64,000 nt of DNA from Eledone cirrhosa (Eukaryota). The DNA lies in the NCBI GenBank assembly GCA_964016885.1, contig OZ024740.1, positions 2,108,001 through 2,172,000 on the forward strand, in the 5' to 3' direction. Below, piece after piece: positions 1-10,400 of the stretch (positions are counted from its first letter, which is position 1; every line of letters begins with the position of its first letter). The position numbers were made by a program, and so were the translations under genes. The notes beneath the pieces were generated by a model. It searched no databases. It saw nothing but the letters and a program-made list of their open reading frames with translations, and was not told the origin of the DNA.

Positions 1-66
1 ACAAAAAAAAATTGGATAAAACTCAAAGAATTAATTATACAAAAGGAAATATTACACAAAACAAAC

Positions 67-147
67 TTACAGGGTTTATAAATTAAAGTACCAGTAATGC
101 ACTGGGATAATTGCTGGCCTTCTGCCAAAAGTAGAAACAATTATTAT
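67..147 (+). mobile_element. SINE 3' fragment (same family as 2527-2691)
   Basis: TTACAGGG..AAAGTACCAGTAATGCACTGGG..AATTGCTGGCCTT..TAGAAACAATTATTAT matches the body and tail of the fuller copies at 2527-2691, 4639-4800 and 58036-58248. Confidence 0.6.
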
Positions 148-729
148 ACCAAAAGACACAAAGTGGAACAAATATCTCCCATGAACTAATAGGTTAAAAA
201 TATTTATAAAATACCCAAATTAATTAATAATTAGAAATGTGTTGTAATCTTCTTAATGCCGAATAAATAGAAAACAGTGTCATAGAGGCTATAGCAATGC
301 AAATCAAACATTACGTATCAATAATTGCAATAACAATGATATTGAAAATTGGCTTTAAAATTTTTTTATTGTTCTTGGTATATTTCAGGTGAAGTTCCTA
401 TTTTCAGATATGTGAAGAAAACACAACATTCAGGAAAACATCACAATGGATGTACATTAATTATATCTTTCTTGAGTTATTTTAACACTTTAGAAATAGA
501 TTATTTCACCTGAAATATACCAGAAACAAATGTTTCTAAGGTTATATATTTGATAACTTTGTTATTGAAATTTGTTTATATTTAATATTCAATATGCATT
601 ACTCTAACCTACTATAAAAACACTGCTTTCTAATTAGTAACTATATATTTTTTATATATAAAAATTAAATAGATGAGGAAGCAACATAATTCCCTTAGTT
701 AGGAGTGGCTTGAGGGGTGTAACTTGGTA

Positions 730-1260
730 CATCACCACCACCATCATCATCATTATCATTGATTTACGTCCATTTTTCCACACTTGCATGAGTTGGGTAG
801 ATCCTTCTCAGAACAACATCTTTCCACTTGCTGCTTTCCTTCGTCATCTTCTCTGCCAGTCTTAGCAATTTGAGGTCAACTCTCACCACCTCTGCCCAGG
901 TCTTTCTTGGTTTACCTCTACAGCGGCTTCCATCCACCAGCATTTCCTGGTATCTCTTCACCCAGCAATCATCATCCATGTACATCACATGTCCATATCA
1001 ACGTAGTCTTCTCTCTTGCACTCCACCTCAGATTTCTCTTAAACCTAGTTTCTCTCTCAGTTCATTCAAGCTCTGCCTTTCTCTCACATTTACATTGCAC
1101 ATCCAATGAAACATGGCTGCTTCATTTCTCTCCAGTCTACGCATGTCCTCTGCAGTCACTGCCTATGTTTTACTACCATGTAGCACTGCATGTCCTCTGC
1201 AGTCACTAACAATATTTTACTACCATGCAGCATCATACTTCACACACAGGCATCATATAA
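730..1260 (-). mobile_element. RTE-clade LINE, decayed 3' fragment (RT C-terminal region plus 3' tail)
   Basis: The minus strand reads MLHGSKT*AVTAEDMRRLERNEAAMFHWMCNV..ELREKLG..QERRLR*YGHV..GSRCRGKPRKTWAEVVRVDL, typical of the RTE C-terminus (RLRWxGHV, RGRPxxTW). It has in-frame stops, a short internal duplication (CATGTCCTCTGCAGTCACT twice) and a CATGCAAGTGTGGAAAAATGGACGTAAA..(GAT)n tail. Confidence 0.85.
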
Positions 1261-1650
1261 ATACAATAAATGTTCTGTTTGAACTACCATACATACAATC
1301 CACTCCAATCTTACAACATAATTTCAGCCATTCCCGACTAGAACCATTATCTACTCTACATATAACACTCAATATCTTTACTACCCACTAATTTTTCCAC
1401 ACACATGTAAGATGTCTTTCTCTTAATGATCTACAAGAAACATCCTACAAACCAATCTCCAATCTTTTCTATCCCGGTTTCATTGAGTCCTTGCTTAACA
1501 AACACCACCACAAATTAATGCGTATTGAGTCCTTACTTAACAAACACCACCACTTCTTAGAGACCTTTTGTACTAACCTTTTTCAAGACTTAAACTTCTA
1601 CAGTTGTGATGAGAACTGTATTGTCAGCCTATGTCCATTTGTTTTCCATG

Positions 1651-1810
1651 CATGGTACAGTCCACCCTCATCCCACTACATGGTACAGTCCACCCTCATC
1701 CCACTACATGGTACAGTCCACTCTCATCCCACTACATGGTACAGTCCACTCTCATCTCACTACATGGTACAGTCCACCCTCATCCCACTACATGGTACAG
1801 TCCACCCTCA
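1651..1810. repeat. 28-bp minisatellite, ~5.7 copies
   Basis: Unit CATGGTACAGTCCACCCTCATCCCACTA starts at 1651, 1679, 1707, 1735, 1763 and 1791. Confidence 0.95.
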
Positions 1811-1917
1811 GTATTGTCATATCCATCAGTACCAGTCTTTTTATTTCTTTGTCTGTCTCCTCAGCAGATTTGTTCTACATACGTCACTCAACCATTATTG
1901 TCCACACATATCACGAC

Positions 1918-2156
1918 CATACATACATACACACATACATACACACATACACACATACATACATACACCCATGCTAGCGTGGAAGAACGGACGTAAAACG
2001 GTGATGATGATATACATACACACATACATACACACACACACACACACACATACATATATACATACATACATACATACATATATACACACATACACACACA
2101 TATATATATATATAACTGTATATATATATATGTGTGTGTATACAATTATATATATA
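1918..2156. repeat. (CATA)n/(CA)n/(TA)n compound microsatellite with an embedded RTE-type 3' tail (~1967-2010, + strand)
   Basis: The simple repeats are directly visible. ACCCATGCTAGCGTGGAAGAACGGACGTAAAACGGTGATGATGAT resembles the RTE tail at 730-797. Confidence 0.8.
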
Positions 2157-2401
2157 AAGAAATCATATTCTACAATTAAAACCCTTAACTTTTTTGCACA
2201 AACCCTCACATTTATATCACTGAACTATTAAATATATTTTACACTCAGAGCTTTCAAAAGTACTATATATACACAATATAAATATATATACACAATATAA
2301 ATATATATAAAAAATATCAATATATATATATATATATTTTTTTTTAAATATTGCAGAAATATGCATTAATTTTACTCATCAAACTAACTATAGAAGAAAA
2401 T

Positions 2402-2511
<110 letters not shown>

Positions 2512-2526
2512 AAAGGCTGAGGATTG

Positions 2527-2691
2527 GCCCTTTACATTCTGGGTTCAAATCCTGCCGAGGTTAACTTTGCCTTTCATCCTTACAGGGTCGATAAAATAAA
2601 GTACCAGTAATGCACTGGGGTCAATTTAATCAACTTTCCCCTCCCCCAAATTGCTGGCCTTGTGCCTATACTAGAAATCATTATTATTATT
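2527..2691 (+). mobile_element. tRNA-derived SINE, 5'-truncated
   Basis: B-box GGTTCAAATCC at 2542-2552, body GCCTTTCATCCTTACAGGGTCGATAAAATAAAGTACCAG and an (ATT)n tail. Several copies occur in the window. Confidence 0.85.
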
Positions 2692-2885
2692 AGTTGATGT
2701 CAGCTAATGAAATGTTAAGAAGATTGCTGTTGTTAATATCATTATTTTTGTTACCTTTGTGATAACAATCCAGAGTTGACTTAGCCTTTCCACTTTCTGG
2801 GGCTGGGTAAGTACCAGTGATATACTAGGTTTCAATAATGAACTATGAATCTTCTCTTATAAATTTGTAGCACTCTATTAATATA

Positions 2886-3228
2886 TTCTTTCATCCTTTT
2901 ACTGCTTTCATCAATTGGAATGAGGCCATGCTGGGGCACTGCCTTGAAAAGATTTTTGTTTTGTTTTTTGTCAGTTATTCTGAACCTAGTACATATTTAT
3001 TTAAATCTGGTATTTATTTTATCAATCTCTATTTGTTGAACTGCTTAGTTACTCGACATAAATAAACAGCAAAGTAAATACAGATACAGACACACACTCA
3101 GTTACACAGACAGATATATAATATATATATATATGCACAATACACAAACACACATACACACATATATATATATATGGCAGGCTTCCATACAGTTTCTGTC
3201 AACCAAATTTCATTGACAAGGTATTGGT
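2886..3228. mobile_element. Decayed SINE-like interspersed repeat interrupted by CA/TA microsatellite
   Basis: GGCCATGCTGGGGCACTGCCTTGAA and GGCTTCCATACAGTTTCTGTCAACCAAATTTCA blocks resemble common cephalopod SINE segments. This is recalled from memory, not from a search. Confidence 0.45.
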
Positions 3229-3254
3229 TAACCTGATAGATAACAACAGCCTAA

Positions 3255-3510
3255 GAGATGCTCTGATAATGATAAAAACAATAGACAGATAAGCAACACC
3301 CCAGGACTTACCAATATATGCAACATACAAAGAATGGCACTACTAGGCAGTGCACAGATGAAAGGTACTACCAATACAATAGAAACAACACCAACATTGC
3401 ACATATCCCAGGCACACACAGCGCTGCTCAGTAATGCAGTGATGATGGACAATAAAAATAAGACTAATAATGATGATGATAATATTAATAATTTTAATAA
3501 TGATAATAAT
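3255..3510 (+). mobile_element. R4/Dong-like (RLE-type) non-LTR retrotransposon 3' end fragment
   Basis: SNTPGLTNICNIQRMALLGSAQ resembles the C-terminal IQKxALLGTAxILR motif of R4/Dong elements, and it is followed by a degenerate (TAA/TGA)n tail. Confidence 0.55.
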
Positions 3511-3739
3511 TTCTAACATAATCACAAGGCCATAAATGTTGAGGGTTTGGAGATGGTCAATCAAATCTATGAAGTACTTGACTGGTATGTTATCTCCCAT
3601 GTCACCCAGTCAGAGGAAAGGCAAAGTTGACACCATAAACCACTGTGTCACAAGGCCTTTTGTCTTATGTTTTAACCAATTCTGCCAGCCCTCCTCCACA
3701 TCATTTCTAATTTCGGCAGAAGAGCAGCAATTAATGATG

Positions 3740-3857
3740 AGGGGAAAGTCAAACCAGTACAACACTGGTATGTTATTTTAGTGACCCCAGAAGGATGAAT
3801 GACAAAGTTGATTAGTTTTGGACTCAGAAGTTAAAAGGTTGTATGTAACAAAATGCT
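3740..3857 (-). mobile_element. Decayed SINE, minus strand, split by the MITE at 3862 (resumes ~4618-4630)
   Basis: CTGGTATGTTATTTTAGTGACCCCAGAAGGATGAATGACAAAGTTGA..ACTCAGAA is a diverged reverse complement of the SINE body at 2527-2691. Confidence 0.6.
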
Positions 3858-3861
3858 TTAA

Positions 3862-4613
3862 CCCTTTAGCATTTAAACCGGCCGTATCTGGCCAGAATTC
3901 TCTCACCTCTTTCTGTTCAAACTGGCCATAACTGGTCACTCATACTATAAGGTATTGTTCTCAAAATAAATAATATCTAAATCTCATAGATTCGATATTA
4001 TGTGAGATATTATGTAAGGTAAAGCCTTCACTGTCACAATACAATAGTATATATAGAGTAATGTAAATGTTGTGAGATATTATGTAAGGTAAAGCCTTTA
4101 CTGTGAAAATACAATAGTATATATAGAGTAATGTAAATGTTATGTGAGGTATTATGTAAGGTAAAGCCTTTGCTGTGAAAATACAATAGTAAATATAGAG
4201 TAATATAAATGTTATGTGAGGTAAAGCCTTTTCTGTGAAAATACAATAGTATATATAGAGTAATGTAAATGTTATGTGAGATATTATGTGAGGTAAAGCC
4301 TTTGCTGTGAAAATACAATAGTAAATATAGAGTAATGTAAATGTTGTGTGAGATATTATGTGAGGTAAAGCCTTTACTGTGACAATATAATAGTATATAT
4401 AGAGTAATGTAAATGTTATGTGAGGTAAAGCCTTTACTGTGAAAATACAATAGTATATATAGAGTAATGTAAATGTTATGTGAGGTAAAGCCTTTATTGT
4501 GAAAATACAATAGTATATATAGAGTAATGTAAATGGTATGAGATATTATGTGAGGTAAAGCCTTAACTGTGAAAATACAATAGTAAATATAGAGTAATGT
4601 AAATGTTAAAGGG
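3862..4613. mobile_element. piggyBac-type non-autonomous DNA transposon (MITE) with an internal tandem array
   Basis: TTAA flanks at 3858-3861 and 4614-4617. TIRs CCCTTTAGCATTTA and TAAATGTTAAAGGG match at 13/14 positions, with CCC...GGG termini. Confidence 0.8.
3997..4605. repeat. ~59/71-bp tandem repeat, ~9 copies, inside the MITE
   Basis: Unit GAGGTAAAGCCTTTACTGTGAAAATACAATAGTATATATAGAGTAATGTAAATGTTATGT, with or without a ~12-bp insert. Confidence 0.92.
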
Positions 4614-4638
4614 TTAAAGCATGTTGTCCATAGAGTTA

Positions 4639-4800
4639 CGGCCCTTTATTCTGAGTTCAAATCCTATCGAGGTTAACTTTGCCTTTCATCCTTACAGGGT
4701 CAATAAAATAAAGTACCAGTAATGCACTGGGGTCAATTTAATCGACTTTCCCCACCCCTAAGTTGTTAACCTGGTGCCTAAACCAGAAACCATTATTGTT
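4639..4800 (+). mobile_element. tRNA-derived SINE, 5'-truncated
   Basis: GAGTTCAAATCC B-box and a body closely similar to the 2527-2691 copy. Confidence 0.85.
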
Positions 4801-5164
4801 TTTCTTTGTTGTGTTATATACTATGATGTTAAATATCCTTGGCAAAGTAATGAACATCACAACATCCACTTTTTTTCTGTTTCTATCAAAAATATTTTTA
4901 TTATTCAATTTGTACAATAATTTGTTACAATAAAATTGTAAACATTTTTTATTTCATTTCAAATTGAGATTTTATTAATAAAATATTATTTTAAATAAAT
5001 TATTTTTATGTGCTTTCCTTTTTGAATGTTAGCGGTTTTTTTAAATTCATATATATTATATACATATATATATATATGTGTGTGTGTATATATATATATA
5101 TATATGTGCATGTGTGTGTGTATGTATATATATATATATATATGTGCATGTGTGTGTGTATGTA

Positions 5165-5300
5165 TCATCATCATCATCATCATCATCATTTTACGTCAGC
5201 TTTTCCCTGCTTGCAAGGGTGGGACGGAAACTGGTTCTGGCTTGATTTCTACAGCTGGATGCCCTTCCTAACACCAACCTCATTTACAGTGAGTGCTGGG
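5165..5300 (-). mobile_element. SINE 3' part with RTE-derived tail
   Basis: (CAT)n then TTTTACGTCAGCTTTTCCCTGCTTGCAAGGG (RTE-like tail). The CAGCTGGATGCCCTTCCTAACACCAAC block is shared with 6646-6670. Confidence 0.7.
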
Positions 5301-5367
5301 TGCTTTTTTGCCATGGCACCTCCACGACCACTTAGCAGTGGAATGATAGGGACCCCTGCCCCTATCA

Positions 5368-5510
5368 TCTCATTTCTACAGCTGAGTAAACTGGAGCAAT
5401 GTGAAATAAAGTGTCTTGCTCAAGGAAACAACACATCACCCGGTCTGAGAATTGAACTCACAACCTTTCGATTGCAAGGCCAATGCTCTAACCACTAAGC
5501 CATATGCCTC

Positions 5511-5511
<1 letters not shown>
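5368..5511 (-). mobile_element. tRNA-derived SINE head and core
   Basis: The minus strand reads GGAGGCATATGGCTTAGTGGTTAGAGC (A box), GAGTTCAATTC (B box), then CCTTGAGCAAGACACTT..TCCAGTTTACTCAGCTG. Confidence 0.8.
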
Positions 5512-5554
<43 letters not shown>

Positions 5555-5598
5555 CATGTGTGTGTGTATGCATATATATATATATATATATATATGTG

Positions 5599-5683
<85 letters not shown>

Positions 5684-5750
5684 ATGTATATATATATATA
5701 TATGTGCATGTGTGTGTGTGTATGTATATATATATATATATATATGTGCA

Positions 5751-5785
<35 letters not shown>

Positions 5786-5796
5786 GTGCATGTGTG

Positions 5797-5827
<31 letters not shown>

Positions 5828-5972
5828 ATATATATATATATGTGTGTGTGTGGATATATGTGTGTATATATATATGTGTGTATGTATGTATGTGTGTGTG
5901 TATGTATATATGTATATATATGTGTGTGTGTGTGTGTATATATGTGTGTGTGTGTATGTATATATGTATATA

Positions 5973-6019
<47 letters not shown>

Positions 6020-6122
6020 ATATATATGTGTGTGTGTGTATGTATATATATATGTTTGTGTGTATGTATATGTGTGTGTCTTTGTATGTTTATATACATG
6101 CATGTATGAATGTAGTATGTAG

Positions 6123-6167
<45 letters not shown>

Positions 6168-6173
6168 TATATA
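5512..6173. repeat. Long (TA)n/(TG)n compound microsatellite (similar tract at 5050-5163)
   Basis: Directly visible alternating purine-pyrimidine tract. Confidence 0.97.
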
Positions 6174-6423
6174 TTAGGAAAATAAGAAAAAAATAGAAAA
6201 TGCTAATAGGATTTTCTCTTAGAAAAACAGAAAAGCAATTTATAGAACCGGTTTCAATCGATGAAATTTCTGACTTCTTCATGCTACAGGAAATATGGTA
6301 AAATTAAGGTGTATATTAATTAGAAGAGGATATTAGCGAACGTAGTTTACATATATATAAACATTCACGTTTCCGTTTCTCTCTTTCTCTCTCTTCCTTG
6401 GTGATGTGCTGATATATATATGT

Positions 6424-6680
6424 TCATCATTTGTTTTCACATCTGCTTTCCCTGCTAACAAGGGCTGGATGAGTCTACATAGACCAAGTCAGTACTGAAG
6501 CAAGGCTACCGATCTCCCAGACAGGCCAGAGATCTGTGTCTCGTTTTATATATGGTTGACGCTCCACCAAGTGTGCAGGAGAGGTTGTCATGTCTTTCAC
6601 ACAAATGTCAGTCCTCCTACTCTTTTGTTTGGCAAGATTCTTATAGCTGGATGCCCTTCCTATCGCCAACACTTTACAAG
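6424..6680 (-). mobile_element. SINE 3' part with RTE-like tail
   Basis: CATCATTTG..CTTTCCCTGCTAACAAGGG tail and the AGCTGGATGCCCTTCCTATCGCCAAC block, as at 5165-5300. Confidence 0.6.
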
Positions 6681-6710
6681 GCCAGGTGTGTTAAAACTGA
6701 ATTAGATGGG

Positions 6711-6870
6711 GACAGATGTGTAAAGACTGGAACAGAGGTGTGAAGACTGAAACAGATGTGTAAAGACTGGAACAGAGGTGTAAAGACTGGAACAGATGTG
6801 TAAAGACTGGAACAGAGGTGTGAAGACTGGAACAGAGGTGTAAAGACTGGAACAGAGGTGTGAAGACTGA
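6711..6870. repeat. 20-bp minisatellite, ~8 copies
   Basis: Unit GTGTAAAGACTGGAACAGAG/T. Confidence 0.93.
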
Positions 6871-6978
6871 AAAATAAGATAGAATAGATGCAGTAAAATA
6901 GGATTAGAATTGACAAAATAAGAACAGATCTGTTAAAACAGAAAAATGGATTCACAAGATCAGATGTATTGAGACATG

Positions 6979-7412
6979 TAGAGATAAGTGTGTAAATAGA
7001 GAAGTAAATGTGTTAAGATAGAGATAAGTGTGTAAATAGAGAAGGAAATGTGTTAAGATAGAGTTAAGTGTGTAAATAGAGAAGTAAATGTGTTAAGATA
7101 GAGTTAAGTGTGTAAATAGAGAATGAAATATGTTAAGATAGAGATAAGTGTGTAAATAGAGAAGGAAATGTGTTAAGATAGAGTTAAGTGTGTAAATAGA
7201 GAATGAAATATGTTAAGATAGAGATAAGTGTGTAAATAGAGAAGGAAATGTGTTAAGATAGAGTTAAGTGTGTAAGTAGAGAAGGAAATGTTTTCATATA
7301 GAAATAAATGTGTAAATAGAGAAGGAAATGTGTTAAGATAGAGATAAGTGGGTAAGTAGAGAAGGAAATGTTTTCATATAGAAATAAATGTGTAAATAGA
7401 GAAGGAAATGTG
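6979..7412. repeat. 40-bp minisatellite, ~10-11 copies
   Basis: Unit GATAAGTGTGTAAATAGAGAAGGAAATGTGTTAAGATAGA. Confidence 0.93.
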
Positions 7413-7480
7413 TACAAGATGTGTGTAAGAAATGTGTATATGTTTTGTTGTGTGTGCAATGTGTGTAAAAACCATTGTAA

Positions 7481-10400
7481 TGTATGTGGTGTGTGTGTAG
7501 TATGTGGTATGTATAGTATGTGGTGTGTGTAGTATGTGGTGTGTATAGTATGTGGTGTGTAGTATGTGGTGTGTAGCATGTAGTGTGTAGTATGTGGTCT
7601 GTGGTATGTGTTGTATGTGGTGTGTAGTACATGGTCTGTGTAGTGTGTGGTGTGTGTGTAGTATGTGGTGTGTAGTATGTAGTATGTGGAATGTGTAGTA
7701 AGGGTGTATAGTATGAAGTGTGTGTGTATTATGTGGTATGTAGTATCTGGTGTGTGTGTAGTATATGGTGTATAGTATGTGGTATGTATTATGTGGTGTG
7801 TGTGTGTAGTATATGGTGTATAGTATGTGGTATGTATTATGTGGTGTGTGTAATATGTGGTGTATAGTATGTGGTATGTAGTATGTGGTGTGTGTAATAT
7901 GTGGTGTATAGTATGTGGTATGTATTATGTGGTGTGTGTAATATGTGGTATGTAGTATGTGGTGTGTGTGTAGTATGTGGTATGTATTATGTGGTGTGTG
8001 TAATATGTGGTGTATAGTATGTGGTATGTAGTATGTGGTGTGTGTAATATGTGGTGTATAGTATGTGGTATGTAGTATGTGGTGTGTGTAATATGTGGTG
8101 TATAGTATGTGGTATGTATTATGTGGTGTGTGTAATATGTGGTATGTAGTATGTGGTGTGTGTGTAGTATGTGGTATGTATTATGTGGTGTGTGTAATAT
8201 GTGGTATGTAGTATGTGGTGTGTGTGTAGTATGTGGTATGTATTATGTGGTGTGTGTGTAGTATATGGTGTATAGTATGTGGTATGTAGTATGTGGTGTG
8301 TGTGTAGTATATGGTGTATAGTATGTGGTATGTAGTATGTGGTATGTATTATGTGGTGTATAGTATGTGGTATGTAGTATGTGGTGTGTGTGTAGTATAT
8401 GGTGTATAGTATGTGGTATGTAGTATGTGGTGTGTGTGTAGTATATGGTGTATAGTATGTGGTATGTATTATGTGGTGTGTGTGTAGTATATGGTGTATA
8501 GTATGTGGTATGTATTATGTGGTGTGTGTGTAGTATGTGGTGTATAGTATGTGGTATGTATTATGTGGTGTGTGTAGTATGTGGTGTGTGTGTAGTATAT
8601 GGTGTATAGTATGTGGTATGTAGTATGTGGTGTGTGTGTAGTATATGGTGTATAGTATGTGGTATGTATTATGTGGTGTGTGTGTAGTATATGGTGTATA
8701 GTATGTGGTATGTATTATGTGGTGTGTGTAGTATGTGGTATGTATTATGTGGTGTGTGTAGTATGTGGTGTATAGTATGTGGTATGTATTATGTGGTGTG
8801 TGTGTAGTATGTGGTGTATAGTATGTGGTATGTATTATGTGGTGTGTGTGTAGTATGTGGTGTATAGTATGTGGTATGTATTATGTGGTGTGTGTGTAGT
8901 ATATGGTGTATAGTATGTGGTATGTATTATGTGGTGTGTGTGTAGTATGTGGTATGTATTATGTGGTGTGTGTGTAGTATGTGGTGTATAGTATGTGGTA
9001 TGTAGTATGTGGTGTGTGTGTAGTATATGGTGTATAGTATGTGGTATGTATTATGTGGTGTGTGTGTAGTATATGGTGTATAGTATGTGGTATGTATTAT
9101 GTGGTGTGTGTGTAATATGTGGTGTATAGTATGTGGTATGTATTATGTGGTGTGTGTGTGTAGTATATGGTGTATAGTATGTGGTGTGTGTGTAGTATAT
9201 GGTGTATAGTATGTGGTGTGTGTGTAGTATATGGTGTATAGTATGTGGTATGTAGTATGTGGTGTGTGTGTAATATGTGGTGTATAGTATGTGGTATGTA
9301 TTATGTGGTGTGTGTGTGTAGTATATGGTGTATAGTATGTGGTGTGTGTGTAGTATATGGTGTATAGTATGTTGTATGTATTATGTGGTGTGTGTGTAGT
9401 ATATGGTGTATAGTATGTGGTATGTATTATGTGGTGTGTGTGTAGTATATGGTGTATAGTATGTGGTGTGTGTGTAGTATGTGGTGTATAGTATGTGGTG
9501 TGTGTGTAGTATATGGTGTATAGTATGTGGTGTGTGTGTAGTATATGGTGTATAGTATGTGGTATGTAGTATGTGGTGTGTGTGTAATATGTGGTGTATA
9601 GTATGTGGTATGTATTATGTGGTGTGTGTGTGTAGTATATGGTGTATAGTATGTGGTGTGTGTGTAGTATATGGTGTATAGTATGTGGTATGTATTATGT
9701 GGTGTGTGTGTAGTATATGGTGTATAGTCTGTGGTATGTATTATGTGGTGTGTGTGTAGTATATGGTGTATAGTATGTTGTATGTATTATGTGGTGTGTG
9801 TAGTATGTGGTATGTATTATGTGGTGTGTGTGTAGTATGTGGTGAGTAGTATGTGGTGAGTAGTATGGGGTGTGTTGTATGTGGTGGCTGTTGTATGTAG
9901 TATGTGGTGTGTGTAGTATGTGGCGAGTAGTATGTGGTGTGTGTGGTATGTAGTATGTGGTGTGTAGTATGTGGTGTGTTGTATGTGGTGTGTAGTATGT
10001 GGTGAGTAGTATGTGGTGGCTGTTGTATGTGGTGTGTGTGGTGTGTAGTATGTGGTGGCTGTTGTATGTGGTGTGTGTGGTATGTAGTATGGAGTGTGTA
10101 GTATGTGGTGTGTAGTATGTGGTGTGTGTGGTATGTGGTGAGTAGTATGTGGTGTGTGTAGTATGTGGTGGCTGTAGTATGTGGTGGCTGTTGTATGTGG
10201 TGTGTGTGGTATGTAGTATGGGGTGTGTAGTATGTGGTGAGTAGTATGTGGTGTGTGTGGTATGTAGTATGTGGTGTGTAGTATGGTGTGTGTAGTATGT
10301 GGTGTGTGTAGTATGTGGTGGGTGTTGTATGTGGTGTGTGTAGTATGTGGTGTGTAGTATGGTGTGTGTAGTATGTGGTGGGTGTTGTATGTGGTGTGTG

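Noticed and set aside
5430-5511. tRNA gene on the minus strand
   Set aside because: A and B boxes are present, but the sequence runs straight into a SINE core and no proper acceptor stem is evident.
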